Positions 52,456 to 64,000 of a stretch of DNA of 64,000 bases are shown here, in pieces. The position numbers were made by a program, and so were the translations under genes. Every line of letters starts with the position of its first letter. The first letter of the stretch is position 1. Origin of the DNA: Octopus bimaculoides (lineage: Eukaryota); NCBI RefSeq assembly GCF_001194135.2, contig NC_068982.1:70214705-70278704 (forward strand), given 5' to 3'. A model generated the notes under the pieces. It saw only the letters and a list, made by a program, of their open reading frames with translations. It was not told the origin of the DNA and ran no database searches.

Positions 52456-53916
52456 TGAGTCTGCTATTATGATCCTGTTCAGCATCCATCCACTGAAATC
52501 TACCTTTTCCATATCCTCTCATACTTCTACCACTCTCTCTCCTTTCCATTGTACTATGGTACCCAATAAGAGATCACACTGAATCTATCCATATTCAATT
52601 CCTGCTACTACTATCTTTAGTCCTCCAGTTCACACACACACAGCATGAATGCTTTCAACAAAGAATTGCTTCAGATCTGTAACTAATACATAATGCCAAG
52701 AAAGTGTAGAAATAAAAAGGAGCCAAGAAAATTAAGGGCTTATTCTTGTAGTGAAGATGTATGGCTTAGTGATTAGGGTACTCATCTCGTGATCATAAGG
52801 CCATGAGTTCATTTTCCCCAGCAGCACATGTCTTTGAGCAAAACACTTTGTCACATTGCTCCAGTTCACTCCACTGGTAAATGTGAGTAGTACCTGTGAT
52901 TCACAGGGCCAGCCTTATCACACATTTTGCATCATACTGAATCTTCTTGAGAATTACTATGTTATAGGTATGCATGTCTGTGGAGTGTTCAACAATTTGC
53001 ATGTTCATTTCACAAGCAGGCTGTTCCAATGATCAAATCAACTGGAACACTCAGAGTGCCAAATCTATTCTTGTAGGCTACTGGTTTATTGAAAAGAAGG
53101 AATGAAAGCAAATATATAGGTGCAGGCATGGCTGTGTGGTAAGAAGTTTCCTTATCAACCACATGGTTCCAGGTTCAGTCCCACTGTGAGGCAGCTTGGG
53201 TTGACCAAAGCCTTGTGTGTAGATTTGGTATACAAAGACTGAAAGAAACCCGTCGTATATGTATGTGTGTGTTTCCATCACTGCTTGACAACTGGTGTTG
53301 GTGTGTTTACATCTCCATAACTTAGTGGTTCGGCAAAAGAGACTTAAAAAAAGAGGCTTAAAAAAATAAGTGCATGGCAGCCTCATGAGTACTGGTACCA
53401 CCAAAAATTGTACCCAGTACACTCTGTGAAGTGATTGCCATTAGAGTGAAAACTATGACAAAGCAGACACTGGAGCATGATGTAGTTCTCAGATCTGGTG
53501 GATCTTGTCAAACTGTCCTAGTTCATGTCAGTATGCAGGATGATGGATGTTAAAAGATGATAACAATGACAACAGGGATGGGGGAGGCAGGTATGGCAGA
53601 ACCAATGTTAATCCAAATTGAATTCAATTAATTTTTGTTTTGTATAAAATGCCATGGAATTACATGGATCATATTTCTGGGAAAATATATGTGCCACTCA
53701 CATGCCATAGAGTGCATACTGTAACAGATTTATACTGTATGTGACAATATTGATAAACATGAGAATAAAATTAGCAGAATGAATAAAAAATTAGGCAAGG
53801 ATTAATACTTGTATGGAAAATTAAATCAATGTGTCCTATTGCTCGTAGTTACAAGTTGATTCAGCAAAAAAATTTTAGTTTCCTATATGAGCAATCATGT
53901 AGGTTCTTTTTAAGAT

Positions 53917-54378
53917 TTAAACCTTTTGATACCAACCTGCTTGGGACCACCCTGGTTCTATAATAGAAACTTCCTGCTTTAACCCTTCAGCATTCAGATA
54001 CTACTCTGTCAAATCTAGAGCTTATTTATTCACATTGCTTTGAATTAATTATGGCTTATTGCTTAGCTTCAAGATTTCAATGATGTGACTGTTTATTTTT
54101 AAAATGACATTGTAGGGTGGGTGTTAGAAGTTTTTTCTAACCAATTTGTACTGGTCAAATATTCTGCCAAAATAAATAGAATAACTGGCCCAGATAATAG
54201 CTAGTTCAAATGCTAAAGGGAGTGATCTAAAGTAAAATCTTCCATTAAAATTCCATGTTAATTTATGTTTAAAATACCAGCTTGATAAACTTACTTTACT
54301 AAACTCTTCGTTACATTCAAACTTAATTGAAATAAAGGTTATGTATTTCAACAAAAATATGGTAACAAAAAGGTTAAG
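53917..54378. mobile_element. piggyBac-like MITE B (TTAA-CCC ends) carrying nested MITE A (53979-54220)
   Basis: Ends ..AACCTTTTGATACC / GGTAACAAAAAGGTTAA. An uninterrupted MITE B lies at ~30264-30493. The nested element begins TTAACCCTTCAGCATT and ends AATGCTAAAGGG. Confidence 0.65.
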
Positions 54379-55199
54379 AATAAATGGAGAAAGAACAAAA
54401 CTTAGTAGTTCAGCAACATAGACTGATAGAATAAGTACCAGACATTAAAAAAAAAAAGTACTGGGGTCATTCTTTCAACTAAGAAATTCTTCAAGCAGTG
54501 CTCCAGCATAGCTGCAGTCTAATGACTGAAACAAGTAAAAGAAAAAAAGAATTGTGTATAGCAGATTTTTACTCAACCAAGGGGTTATATGTGGACATCA
54601 GTGAGTGTTTTATTCACTTTTTTCCCCATATTCATTTTAATGGCATGTACTCACAAGTATATGTCATTAAAAATACCCAAAAGGGCCAAAATGCATCTGA
54701 CACACTTGCTGGCTATTTCTGAAAAGAATTTTCATCTCTCTCTCTCTCTCTGATATTTATTATGTTTTTAACACAGCACATCCATGAGAGATATTACCTC
54801 AGGACAAATACTGCAGTTGCTGGACTATCAACAGAGGTTGTACACATTAAGTATGATATATAGGTGGCTATTTTTCACAAATGTAAAATATTGATTTCAA
54901 ATTTTAGCACAAGGCCAGTAATTCCAGAGGAGGGGGTAAGTCAATTACATTGACTTCCAGTGCTCAACTGGTACTTATTTTAACAACCCCAAAAGGATGA
55001 AATGCAAAGTTGACCTCAGGAGAATTTGAACTCAGAATGTAAAGACAGACAAAATGCCACTATACATTTTATTCGGTGTGCTAACAATTCTGCCAGCTCA
55101 CCTTATGTTCTATTGGATTTATCACATGACCTAAAGAACAGATAGACAAATGAAAAGCAGAGAGGTAGAAGCACCATGTGTTTGAATACAACATTGTCT

Positions 55200-55877
55200 T
55201 GGAGAGAAAAAAAAATAAACATATACAAGTGGTGTGGACATAAATTGAGGTTAAATGACAAAGCTCAAACAAAGACAAATTTGGAAAATTCAAAGAAAGA
55301 ATTACAGAGAAAATGACCATAAAGAGAATTAAGCCTTGCTATTATAAACAATGTTAAATGATAAATGGGGAGAAAATCAATTCTACAATAAATCAAAGAA
55401 AAATTGTTGCCTTGTTCAAAGAAAATATTCATACTACAGTTTGTTAATTCAAAATATCAAATACAACCCACAAAAACTTTATAATGAGAATACAATCAAA
55501 TTTTATCTATATTTCTTCAGAGAAGACAAATTCAAACAGTTATTTTTAGTGCAGGGCAATTATATATTATATTTTAGCTTCAATCAAATACATATGCTGC
55601 CAAAAAAGTGTATTTGCTAACAACTGTTATTTTCTTTATTGATTAAACAAACAACTCTAATATATTCCGTTGGAAATAATGGTATTTCAAGTACTCTGAC
55701 ATCTGCAAGATTTATAATCAATTTGCATTTTTATTCATTCAATTAATTGTCTTTTACATATATATCTTTGGGAAAATATGACATTCCAAGAATCTGTGTG
55801 ATCAGCATCAATGTAATTAGCCTTAAAGAATAAACTAAATGATGTTGCTTCAACATTACAAATATTTTACTATTAAT
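55200..55877 (-). pseudogene. CATSPERG: Decayed coding segment of the C-terminal region
   Basis: tttag|55877 INSKIFVMLKQHHLV.. (first 40 codons open), later CPALKITV*ICLL (~PGIEWLCL) and IYCRIDFLPIYHLTLFII (~YCNYQLTFLLHIHGL..LFII). Several stops and a frameshift. Confidence 0.48.
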
Positions 55878-57019
55878 CTAAATAAATAAAATATTTTAAA
55901 TTGAAAATTTAAATCTGTTTGTCAGTAATAAAATATTTAATTTGTTAAGTCCTTGAAAACTTGGTTTAAATAGATTATGGAATTTCTTTCTGAGACCCTA
56001 ACTACTAGAGTTGTTTTGCTCACACACAGAACAAACTTATGGCTCAATATTTCCAAACCGCAATCATTTCATCTTTGTTTAAGATATTCTATACTAATGA
56101 TTATATATACATGTCTCCTTCCTTGTTTAAGACACTAAAGTAGAATCTGAGGAAGATTTGGCTGCTATTTCTAGTAGGCAAAGCAACTGCATAGTATGGC
56201 AGAAGGTTAATATTGAAGTAAATGACAATTCATATACATGGTTACTGTTATGAAATAAAGTCAAAAATTTAGGAATAAACATGAAAATCCAGGTTGATTA
56301 GATTTTCAGTAAATATTTGGTCTAAACAAAAGTACAATTTAGAAAAAAATCTCAACAGATTTGCAAATCAATGGAAAAAGAAACAAAGTGCAGGACTACA
56401 GACCACATTGTCAGAAATTCATAACTTATTTTGTGGTATCTCGAGAAGGTCATTATAAGAATAAAGAGCACTGATTTTATTTCACTTCTTTTATTATTAT
56501 TAGTCAATTGGTTAATCATTTAAGCAGTTAACTCATCAACTGATTAATCAGTCAGTCAATCAATCAGCTAAGTTTGTCAAAGTCCTTGTATCGCCATTTG
56601 CAACCACAATAATATGCCCCCTGGTATGCAAGTGTTTATTACTAGCATTATGACCCTCCCAAGATACAATGAAATCTGTTTCAATACATGGGTTCACATC
56701 AAGAATCTTGCAAACCAAATACAAAAATGCAAACTTATTATGATCCGTGCCTCGAGAGAAGATATTCTACTTTTCTGATGCACAACTACCACTGCTATTT
56801 CATAGTTGAGTAGTTAGGAGTAGGAAAACATCTATTTCTTAAAACAGTTGAGCTAACATTATACAAATTGTTGAAATTTTCAATGGTCATCTGACCATTG
56901 GATAAAGTGAAGTGAAGTGGAACTGTGAGTCAAAAGGACAGTGTAAATTCAAACGAAAAGACAGTTTGGAATTGCTGAAATTTATCTATGAAGAAGAAAG
57001 ATATATAAAGAATCTTCTA

Positions 57020-58365
57020 CTTGTTTCAGTCATTGGATCCTATCCATACTGGGGCATCACCTTGAATGGTTTTAGTCAAACAAACTGCTCCTAGTCTTTA
57101 AGAAGTTTTAAATCTGATAATTTATCAGTCTCTTTGGCCAAACTGCTAAGTTACAGGGAAGTAAACAAACCAACACTGATTGTCAAGCAGTGGTGAGGAT
57201 AAGCACAGACACACAAATATGTGCACACATGATGGCTTCCATGCAGTTACCATCTTCCAAATTCATTCACAAGGCAAACGAGGGCAATAGCAGAAGACAC
57301 TTGCTACACAGTGGGACTGAACCCAAAAGCATGCATGCGCAAAGTAAACTTCTTAACCTAACCATACACCCATACCTGTGCCTCAGAAAAAAAATATATT
57401 ATATTGCGACAATTACTCTGTATCATGACAGAAACTAACAAATATGGAACTCAAAGTACTTGAACTTGGGTTAAGAAAATAAAACTAAAGAAAGGCAAAG
57501 AGAAAAAAATGTAATCAATATACTTGTGTAATCAGAGCACAAAATGTAATCAGATGTAATCCTTCATAATTAAGATCGTTTCAAACACAATAGCTTTTCT
57601 ATTATTAGTATCTATGTACCTAGCTAATTGTACGTAACTAATTGATATACCAATATTAAGTGTTCATATTTTAAAATTCATTTTCCTCAAAGACTAAAGA
57701 CCCATTAAAATAATAAAGAAACTTTTGATTAAAAAACAAATATATCCATTTATATATCCCACTATTCCCAGGAGGATCACTAAGGTAGAATCCTCAGGCC
57801 CCTCCTCCATGGGGTCTTATCAGAAGCAACTATTATTACACCTTCTTGAGGGATTCCTAAGCATGGCCAACAGAGACTATGGATATTATCCAACCATCTT
57901 GCTTTTGGCCTACCCCACTGGGTCTCCTGCCAGTTGGCAAATATAATAAAGCAAATAGAATAAAATAAATATTGGTGCAGGCATACGGCTGTGTGGTTAA
58001 GAAATTTGCCTTACAACCACATGGTTTTGGGTTAACACCCACTGCCTCGCACCTTGAGCAAGTATCTTCTCTTATGGACCCGAGATGACCAATGCATTGT
58101 GAATGAATTTAGTGGACAGAAATATGTGAAAGCCCATGGTAAATGTGTATATATTAAATATGTTTGTGTATGTGTGTGCATGCGCATCTTTGTCCTACCA
58201 CCACCACTTGACAACCTGTATTTGTTTACATTTCCATAACTTAGCAATTCAGCAATAGAGACTGATAGAGTAACAAATGGGCTTTAAAAAAAAGTAGTGG
58301 GGATTAATGTGCTGAACTGAAACCCATCAAGGCAATGCCCCAGCATGGCCACATTCTGTTGATAA
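57020..58365. mobile_element. Divergently oriented pair of family A SINEs (57020-57380 minus, 57972-58365 plus)
   Basis: Both match the family A consensus by eye. Confidence 0.7.
57745..57935 (-). mobile_element. RTE 3' end fragment
   Basis: Nucleotide similarity to 49950-50150 and 18850-19000 (ggataatatccatagtctc motif). Confidence 0.6.
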
Positions 58366-58429
58366 ATATAAAAAAAGAAGAGTATATTCAAAAAATTTTT
58401 TTAAATAAGAGAGCAAAAGTAACACATAC

Positions 58430-58551
58430 CTTGTCACGGTTGCTTCAAATTTCTGCAAGCAAGCAACTGAAGTCTCCACATTCAGGTGTCAATATGTCAC
58501 AAAATGGCTGGACAGCAGCTAACCCTGCAGTAGTGCTGGGTCAGATAGATG
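58430..58551 (-). pseudogene. CATSPERG: Pseudo-exon, 122 nt, phase 1-0
   Basis: Strong tttgtag| and AAG|gtatgt. QPFCDILTPECGDFSCLLAEI*SNRDK, resembling YFDCVNVNPEMPCFLFRD. Confidence 0.55.
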
Positions 58552-58662
58552 CTACAAATAAACAAAAATAATAAATTTATTATAAACATTGTGTGATGCA
58601 ATTTGCTGCAGTTTTACAACACAGAACAAAGAGTTAACATAATGCATGTGTGTACATATGTA

Positions 58663-58694
<32 letters not shown>

Positions 58695-59208
58695 AAAAAA
58701 GCAACACAGATTTTAAAGATGACTGCAGTGCGCATGTTTCATGCTACTCCATTTATTTAAGTAATGCGAGCATTACATTAAATGCAAAATGCAGAGCAAT
58801 CTTCAACTTGATCACCTTGCTTTTAGAATGGTTTTTGGATAATACCATACTATATTCTGGTGCCTAAACATAAGTACCACATTCAATTTTTAATCTAAAT
58901 CTATATATATAATTATATAAAACAGTAATCCCTTGCCATATTGCTGTTCACCTATTGCAGTTTATTATTTAAGCTTGCATTGATTCCTCCATGGTTTTGT
59001 TTTGCATTTATGTTAAAATAAATATATACAAAGTATAAAAATAATTTTTAAAAAACATACAGTACAGTACNNNNNNNNNNNNNNNNNNNNNNNNNNNNNN
59101 NNNNNNNNNNNNNNNNNNNNNNNNNNNNNNNNNNNNNNNNNNNNNNNNNNNNNNNNNNNNNNNNNNNNNNNNNNNNNNNNNNNNNNNNNNNNNNNNNNNN
59201 NNNNNNNN

Positions 59209-59265
<57 letters not shown>

Positions 59266-61569
59266 TAATCATCATTTAACGTCCGTTTTCCATGCTGGCA
59301 TGGGTTTGATGGTTTGGCAGGAGCTGACTAGGTAGAAGACTGCACTAGGTTTCGCTATCTGTTTTGGCATGGTTTTTTACAGCTGGATGCCCTTCCTAAC
59401 TCCTGCCTCCTTACAAAGTGAACATATATATGTGTGTGTGTCTGCATGTGTGTGTGTGTGTGTGTATATATATGTATATATATATATATATACTAAGTGA
59501 ACAAAAATACTGCTCGCAGTATTTTTGGTCACGGAGTTGAAAAGTAGCTGTAGCCATTTGTCAAAGCTAAGAACAAGATACATGGCTTTGTAAACCTGAA
59601 ATAGCTATCACTTTTATTTCATGACGTGTGTATGCGTGTGTCTCATCATTTAATGTCTGTATTCCATGCTGGTATGGGATAGATAGTTTGAAAGAATCTA
59701 CTGAGCCAGATGACTATGATGGGCACCAGTATCTGCTTTGGCAAGGTTTCTACTGCTGGATGCCCTTCCTAATGTCAACCAATTTACAGAGTGTAACTAA
59801 GTGCTTTTTTTGTGGCATCAACACCAGTAAGATCACAAAGAAACTTGCAAAATAAAACCCTTTGACAGAGTGGGAAGCAGTATTGAGAAAGATAGCTTTG
59901 TGCCAAGAGTTGAGAAGCTAAAGTATGATGAACAGGTGTCATACTATAGAGAAGATACATGGCTAGACACCTGTTTCTGTCTCCAAATCATGGTTTAGCC
60001 TCTCCTCCAATGATGCATTTTTTTTAACCAATGATGCATTTTTTTTAACCAAGATTATTAATCACTAATTACAATCAAGCTAATTTCAGATGGAAAAAAA
60101 CAATCAAAGATATTGGTTCTCACAAAGGGAATAACACTGAATCTCAAATAGTTATAACCCATTCAACACATGTAGAATAGTCAAATGGCCATAATGACGG
60201 TGATGACAATGGTAATGAAGGCAAAGATAATGGTAAAAGATAATGGCAAAGATAGGGTAAAAGATGAGAAAAATGAAGATGAAGATGCAGACAAAGATGA
60301 TACGTATGTAGTAACTGTGTAGATGGAACATACATAGGTATCCAGATGGAATATATAGATGGAATACACATAGGCTCACATACACATAGGTATCCAAACA
60401 AGTGAGTATCATCATCATCATTTAATGTCCATTTTCCATGCAGGCATGAGTAGAATGATTTGACAGGAATTGGCAAGTCAGAACACTGCGTTAAGCTCTA
60501 CTGTCTGTTATTGGCATAGTTTCAATGGCTGGATATCCTTCCTAATGCCAATCACTCTACAGAATGTACTGGTTGCTTTTTTATATGGTACCAACAGTAG
60601 TGAGGTCTCCAAGTAACTTACAGGACAAGACTGCAATCCCACAGACTGTACTATTGAAGAACAGAAAGGCATCTTACATTAGAAGAGAGGCATAGCTTCC
60701 TCAGATGGAGGAAGGAGAGAAAAGTGTTTTTCCTTTTCTCACGGGTTAAAGAATTGACTTCAATCCAGTTTTGTGTTGAAGAACTGAAGATGAGCCATTG
60801 CACAGCTATGTTAGCGAAGTATGTGCAGAGGACTTGCTCTGGTCTTGGGAAGATTGTTGGGATGTTTGTTTTTTAAAAACATTTAATTTGTAATGTGCTA
60901 TTTTGTTTTTTGGATAAATCATTTAAGTTTGTGCTATAAGTTACTTATTTTGAGAAATATTTAATATGTAATGTGTTGTTTATCATATTAAATGCATATT
61001 CAATGCTTAAAAGTAGAAAATACCTGTTGTTTACTTGTTTCTTTTTTTTTTGTCATTGAGGTGGTTGTGGGGTGTGCTAAAAATAACAGCTAAATAGGCC
61101 TTAAATCATGCACCCTCACAACTTTTTTTGGCATAATCGTATTAAGTTCCGCATGTAGAACACAAATTTGCCAAAATTTTCTGAAAACTCCAAAAAACCA
61201 AAAAAGTATGAGGGGTTTGTATGTCATGCATAATTCATTTGTTTACAGTTTCATATAAAAACAAAAGTGCTATTTTCAGGATGTTCGCACAAAATGACAG
61301 CTTCCAAATCCCATTTCCTGACTGGGTGAAAATGACCAAACTTTATACCTCTATAACTTTTTTTTTTTAATTTTTCTGATTGGAAAACTAGATTAATGTG
61401 CCAAATTTAAAAATTTTCAATAAACTTTGATTTTTGAAATCTTGGCAGCCAAACAAAAAACAAAAACACATTATGTGCAGGTAGATATGAGAGGGAAAAT
61501 GGAAGGGAGGGAGAAACAAGGATGGTGAGCATGGATACCTTGTTGGGGAGAGAATCATAGCTGGGTGGA

Positions 61570-61835
61570 TCTTTTCAAGCACAGGGGGAGGGACTCATGA
61601 ACATGAATATTACTTTGCTGGGAAGGTCTGCTCAAGCATAGCATATCGACAGTTGTCTTGGCCCTTTGTTATTATCTCTATGAGGTTCAACATCATCAGA
61701 TCATTTCTCACCACTTCATCCCATGTCTTCCTGGGTCTCCCTCTTCTACAAGTTCCCTCCACATTCAAAGATTGGTACTTTTTTATGAACGTGCCCTCAG
61801 TTATATGCATCACAAGTCTTCTCTTGTACACTACA
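61570..61835 (-). mobile_element. RTE LINE 3' end
   Basis: LNVEGTCRRGRPRKTWDEVVRNDL, a typical RTE C-terminus. Confidence 0.8.
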
Positions 61836-61863
61836 TTTTATGCCTCTTATATATGTGTGTGTG

Positions 61864-61916
<53 letters not shown>

Positions 61917-62291
61917 CATCTCCATAAAAAAAAAACTCACTATTCTACTACTTACAGACACACTTCAGAGATAAGCTATGAATTAGTATCCATGCAGAGA
62001 CTCAAGTGAGAATTGTAAAGAAAATAGAAAACGGAGATCCATAAGACAAAAGAGAAAAATTGAAAGGATAAATCAAACGGCAGGTTTTGTTGTTAAAACT
62101 CCTCCAACAGATCACTAAAACTAGATATCAGTATAATTACATCATATTAGTTTGTCTCTCTTAAATACCTGATCCACCAAGATATGAGTGGGCTTTTGTG
62201 CGTGGAGACATGAAACACTGAAGAGGGGGAAAAAAAGAAGAAAGAAAGGGAAAGAAACTGCAATTATCCTTGAAAGAAAGTTTGCCTTTAC

Positions 62292-62587
62292 TGGTTGCTT
62301 TTTGATATTAATCAAGAGAGAACTCTAATAGCAAAATTGGTGAAAGCATATCTTTGGTCTTGTTTTGTTTTTATATTTAGTACTGTAATTTTCAGTTGGT
62401 GGACAGCTGTTATGATTAACATTGATCTGTTTTTTTTTTGTTTTTTCTTGTTTTTTTTCCTTTTCTCTTATTGTAAGCCACTTTGCTGCTATTTCCTCTC
62501 AACCACCAACTGTGTAATGTAAATAGTCTTACAAAAGAGATTAAATACCAATATGGTGGTAGTCATACTATGAAGTAAATCATAAGT
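62292..62587 (-). pseudogene. CATSPERG: Pseudo-exon with SMT and CPP motifs; frameshift in an internal A-run
   Basis: Strong tttcttgtag|62587. DLLHSMTTTILVFNLFC (~HLMETSMTVNVVGSSGLC), then INVNHNSCPP (SCPP 62408-62397, ~VPVFIGCPP). Confidence 0.55.
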
Positions 62588-62981
62588 CTACAAGAAACAA
62601 CAACAAATAAAACAAGTTCCATATTGACATTTAAGAAGCAAGGAAAGCATTTTTTTTATGCTATAAGAGAAATGGGAACAAATTAGCTAACTACTCAAGC
62701 ATTCAGCTCTCTACATCAAAAAACAAAAACACAAGAAAAATTCAATATATCAAAGAGGAAGGCAGCTTAAATCACAGAAATAAGTGATGATTTTGTCTCC
62801 AAATATACCACATCATCAATCAATCAATAATGCATATATATATTTAGCAAATTATAGATATGTAAGATTACTGTCATTCTTTTACTAACAACATCAATGA
62901 AAGAAAAATTTTTAAAAAAAACAACAAACCTAATGGCTGAAGAACAATAACTTTAAACTCTTTTGATGACATAAAGTTCAT

Positions 62982-63174
62982 TTAACTCTTTAGCATTTAA
63001 AGCAGCCTTATCCAGGTCAAATATCCCACCTGCTTTATGTTAAAACCAACCAGCCGCAGCCTCCCGTACCTGCCCCATAATGTCATTCCAGCAGTAAACA
63101 ATCACTAAGCTATGAGATAATGTCTGACTAATATAAATCAATGTGAATGAATAATCTGAATGCTGAAGGGTTAA
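62982..63174. mobile_element. piggyBac-like MITE A, opposite orientation to the 53979 copy
   Basis: TTAACTCTTTAGCATT...AATGCTGAAGGGTTAA terminal inverted repeats with TTAA ends. Further partial copies near 24970-25190 and 40800-41260. Confidence 0.65.
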
Positions 63175-63653
63175 AGTGATCCAAGTTAAAAATTTCTTTC
63201 AAAGTTTCATGTTAATTTATGTTCTAAACAAACAGCTTAAGAAGGAGAGTTATTGCACTAAAGTTTTCATTATTATCATCAAAATAAATTCAAACAAAGG
63301 TAGTGCATTTCAACAGGAAGATATCAGGATTAGGCACAAAAGGATTAAACATATATCATTTTAGGGTAAGAGCTTATTTCTTCCTTTTTTTTTTTTTTTT
63401 TAATAATTTATATGTCAATAATCTTGACAATTAAACACCATCATTGTTTAAAGTCCATCCTCCATGCATGGATCAGACAGAATTCATTGGAGAGGATTTT
63501 CTCCAACTAGATGCCTAATCTATCATCAACCATCATCTGTTTGCAGGCAAGATAATATTCCCTCATGACCAGACAGATTTTCATGAAGGACTGGAAATGA
63601 ACAACATTGTATGACAGTGTCACTTGCTTACAACTGGTATGTGATGTCAAGAC

Positions 63654-64000
63654 ATGAGTGTGTGTATTCCTAGGCTACAGGCCCACACCCCCAACACCCA
63701 TACTGTTAGGATTGGCACTCTCAACGTCGGCACGCTGAAAGGTAGATCTGGTGAAATTGTTGAGATGCTTGAACGGAGATGCGTAGATATGTGCTGCATC
63801 CAGGAAGTAAGATGGAGAGGAGGTTCTGCAAGGTTCCTCACAGGCAAAGAACACAGGTACAAGATTTTCTGGGCAGGGAACACTGACGGGGTCGGGGGCG
63901 TAGGAATACTTCTAGCAGAGAAATGGGTGGATAAGGTAATCGAGGTCGTTAGAGTAAGTGACAGAGTACTTAAGATCAGACTAGTGCTTCATCATAGATT
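63654..64000 (+). mobile_element. RTE-clade LINE ORF, AP-endonuclease N-terminus, open to the window edge
   Basis: Stop-free frame from ATG 63654: ..VRIGTLNVGTLKGRSGEIVEMLERRCVDMCCIQEVRWRG..KIFWAGNTDGVGGVGILL..VSDRVLKIRL. Has the N-V and QE catalytic motifs. Missing from the ORF track because no stop is reached. Confidence 0.9.

Larger units (their letters stand above)
51890..62587 (-). pseudogene. CATSPERG: C-terminal part (including TM helix) of a CatSper-gamma-like pseudogene, upstream of and co-oriented with the N-terminal part
   Basis: Four segments in collinear order: LLHSMTT..SCPP (~LMETSMT..GCPP), FCDILTPE..SCLL..RD (~FDCVNVNPEMPCFLFRD), KIF..QHHLV..*ICL (~IFYPFFLIQDLV..WLCL), YNN..QKIFS..PLS..LTATMFLLLVIYSFIPLLLPIL (~YDN..[31 protein letters not shown]). 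All contain stops. Confidence 0.62.

Noticed and set aside
499-62587. Rescue of the stop codons by A-to-I editing (UAG/UGA/UAA to Trp), making the gene functional
   Set aside because: There are dozens of stops, many aligning to non-Trp residues (e.g. F*GDY vs FTGTY, KI*KL vs KIEQL), and frameshifts in exons I, J and K cannot be fixed by editing.

Overview
AT-rich, intron- and repeat-dense eukaryotic DNA, most consistent with an Octopus genome (inferred from the SINE families, RTE and Dong/R4 LINEs, dense microsatellites and short-read N gaps). No intact host protein-coding gene is visible, and most ORF-track entries are microsatellite, gap or SINE artefacts. The hidden structure is a chain of minus-strand exon-like segments with GT/AG borders and largely compatible phases. 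They are riddled with stop codons but match, in collinear order, motifs of the sperm calcium-channel auxiliary subunit CatSper-gamma (CATSPERG). Segments at about 48.3 kb to 0.5 kb cover the N-terminal two-thirds. Segments at about 62.6 kb to 51.9 kb cover the C-terminal part including the transmembrane helix, and lie upstream in the same orientation, so this is either two tandem decayed copies or a permuted assembly. The CATSPERG comparison was made by eye against the human sequence recalled from memory and needs a database search. The introns hold tRNA-derived SINEs, RTE and Dong/R4 LINE fragments, TTAA-flanked piggyBac-like MITEs, Penelope-like hairpins and a foldback element. An apparently intact RTE endonuclease ORF runs off the right edge.
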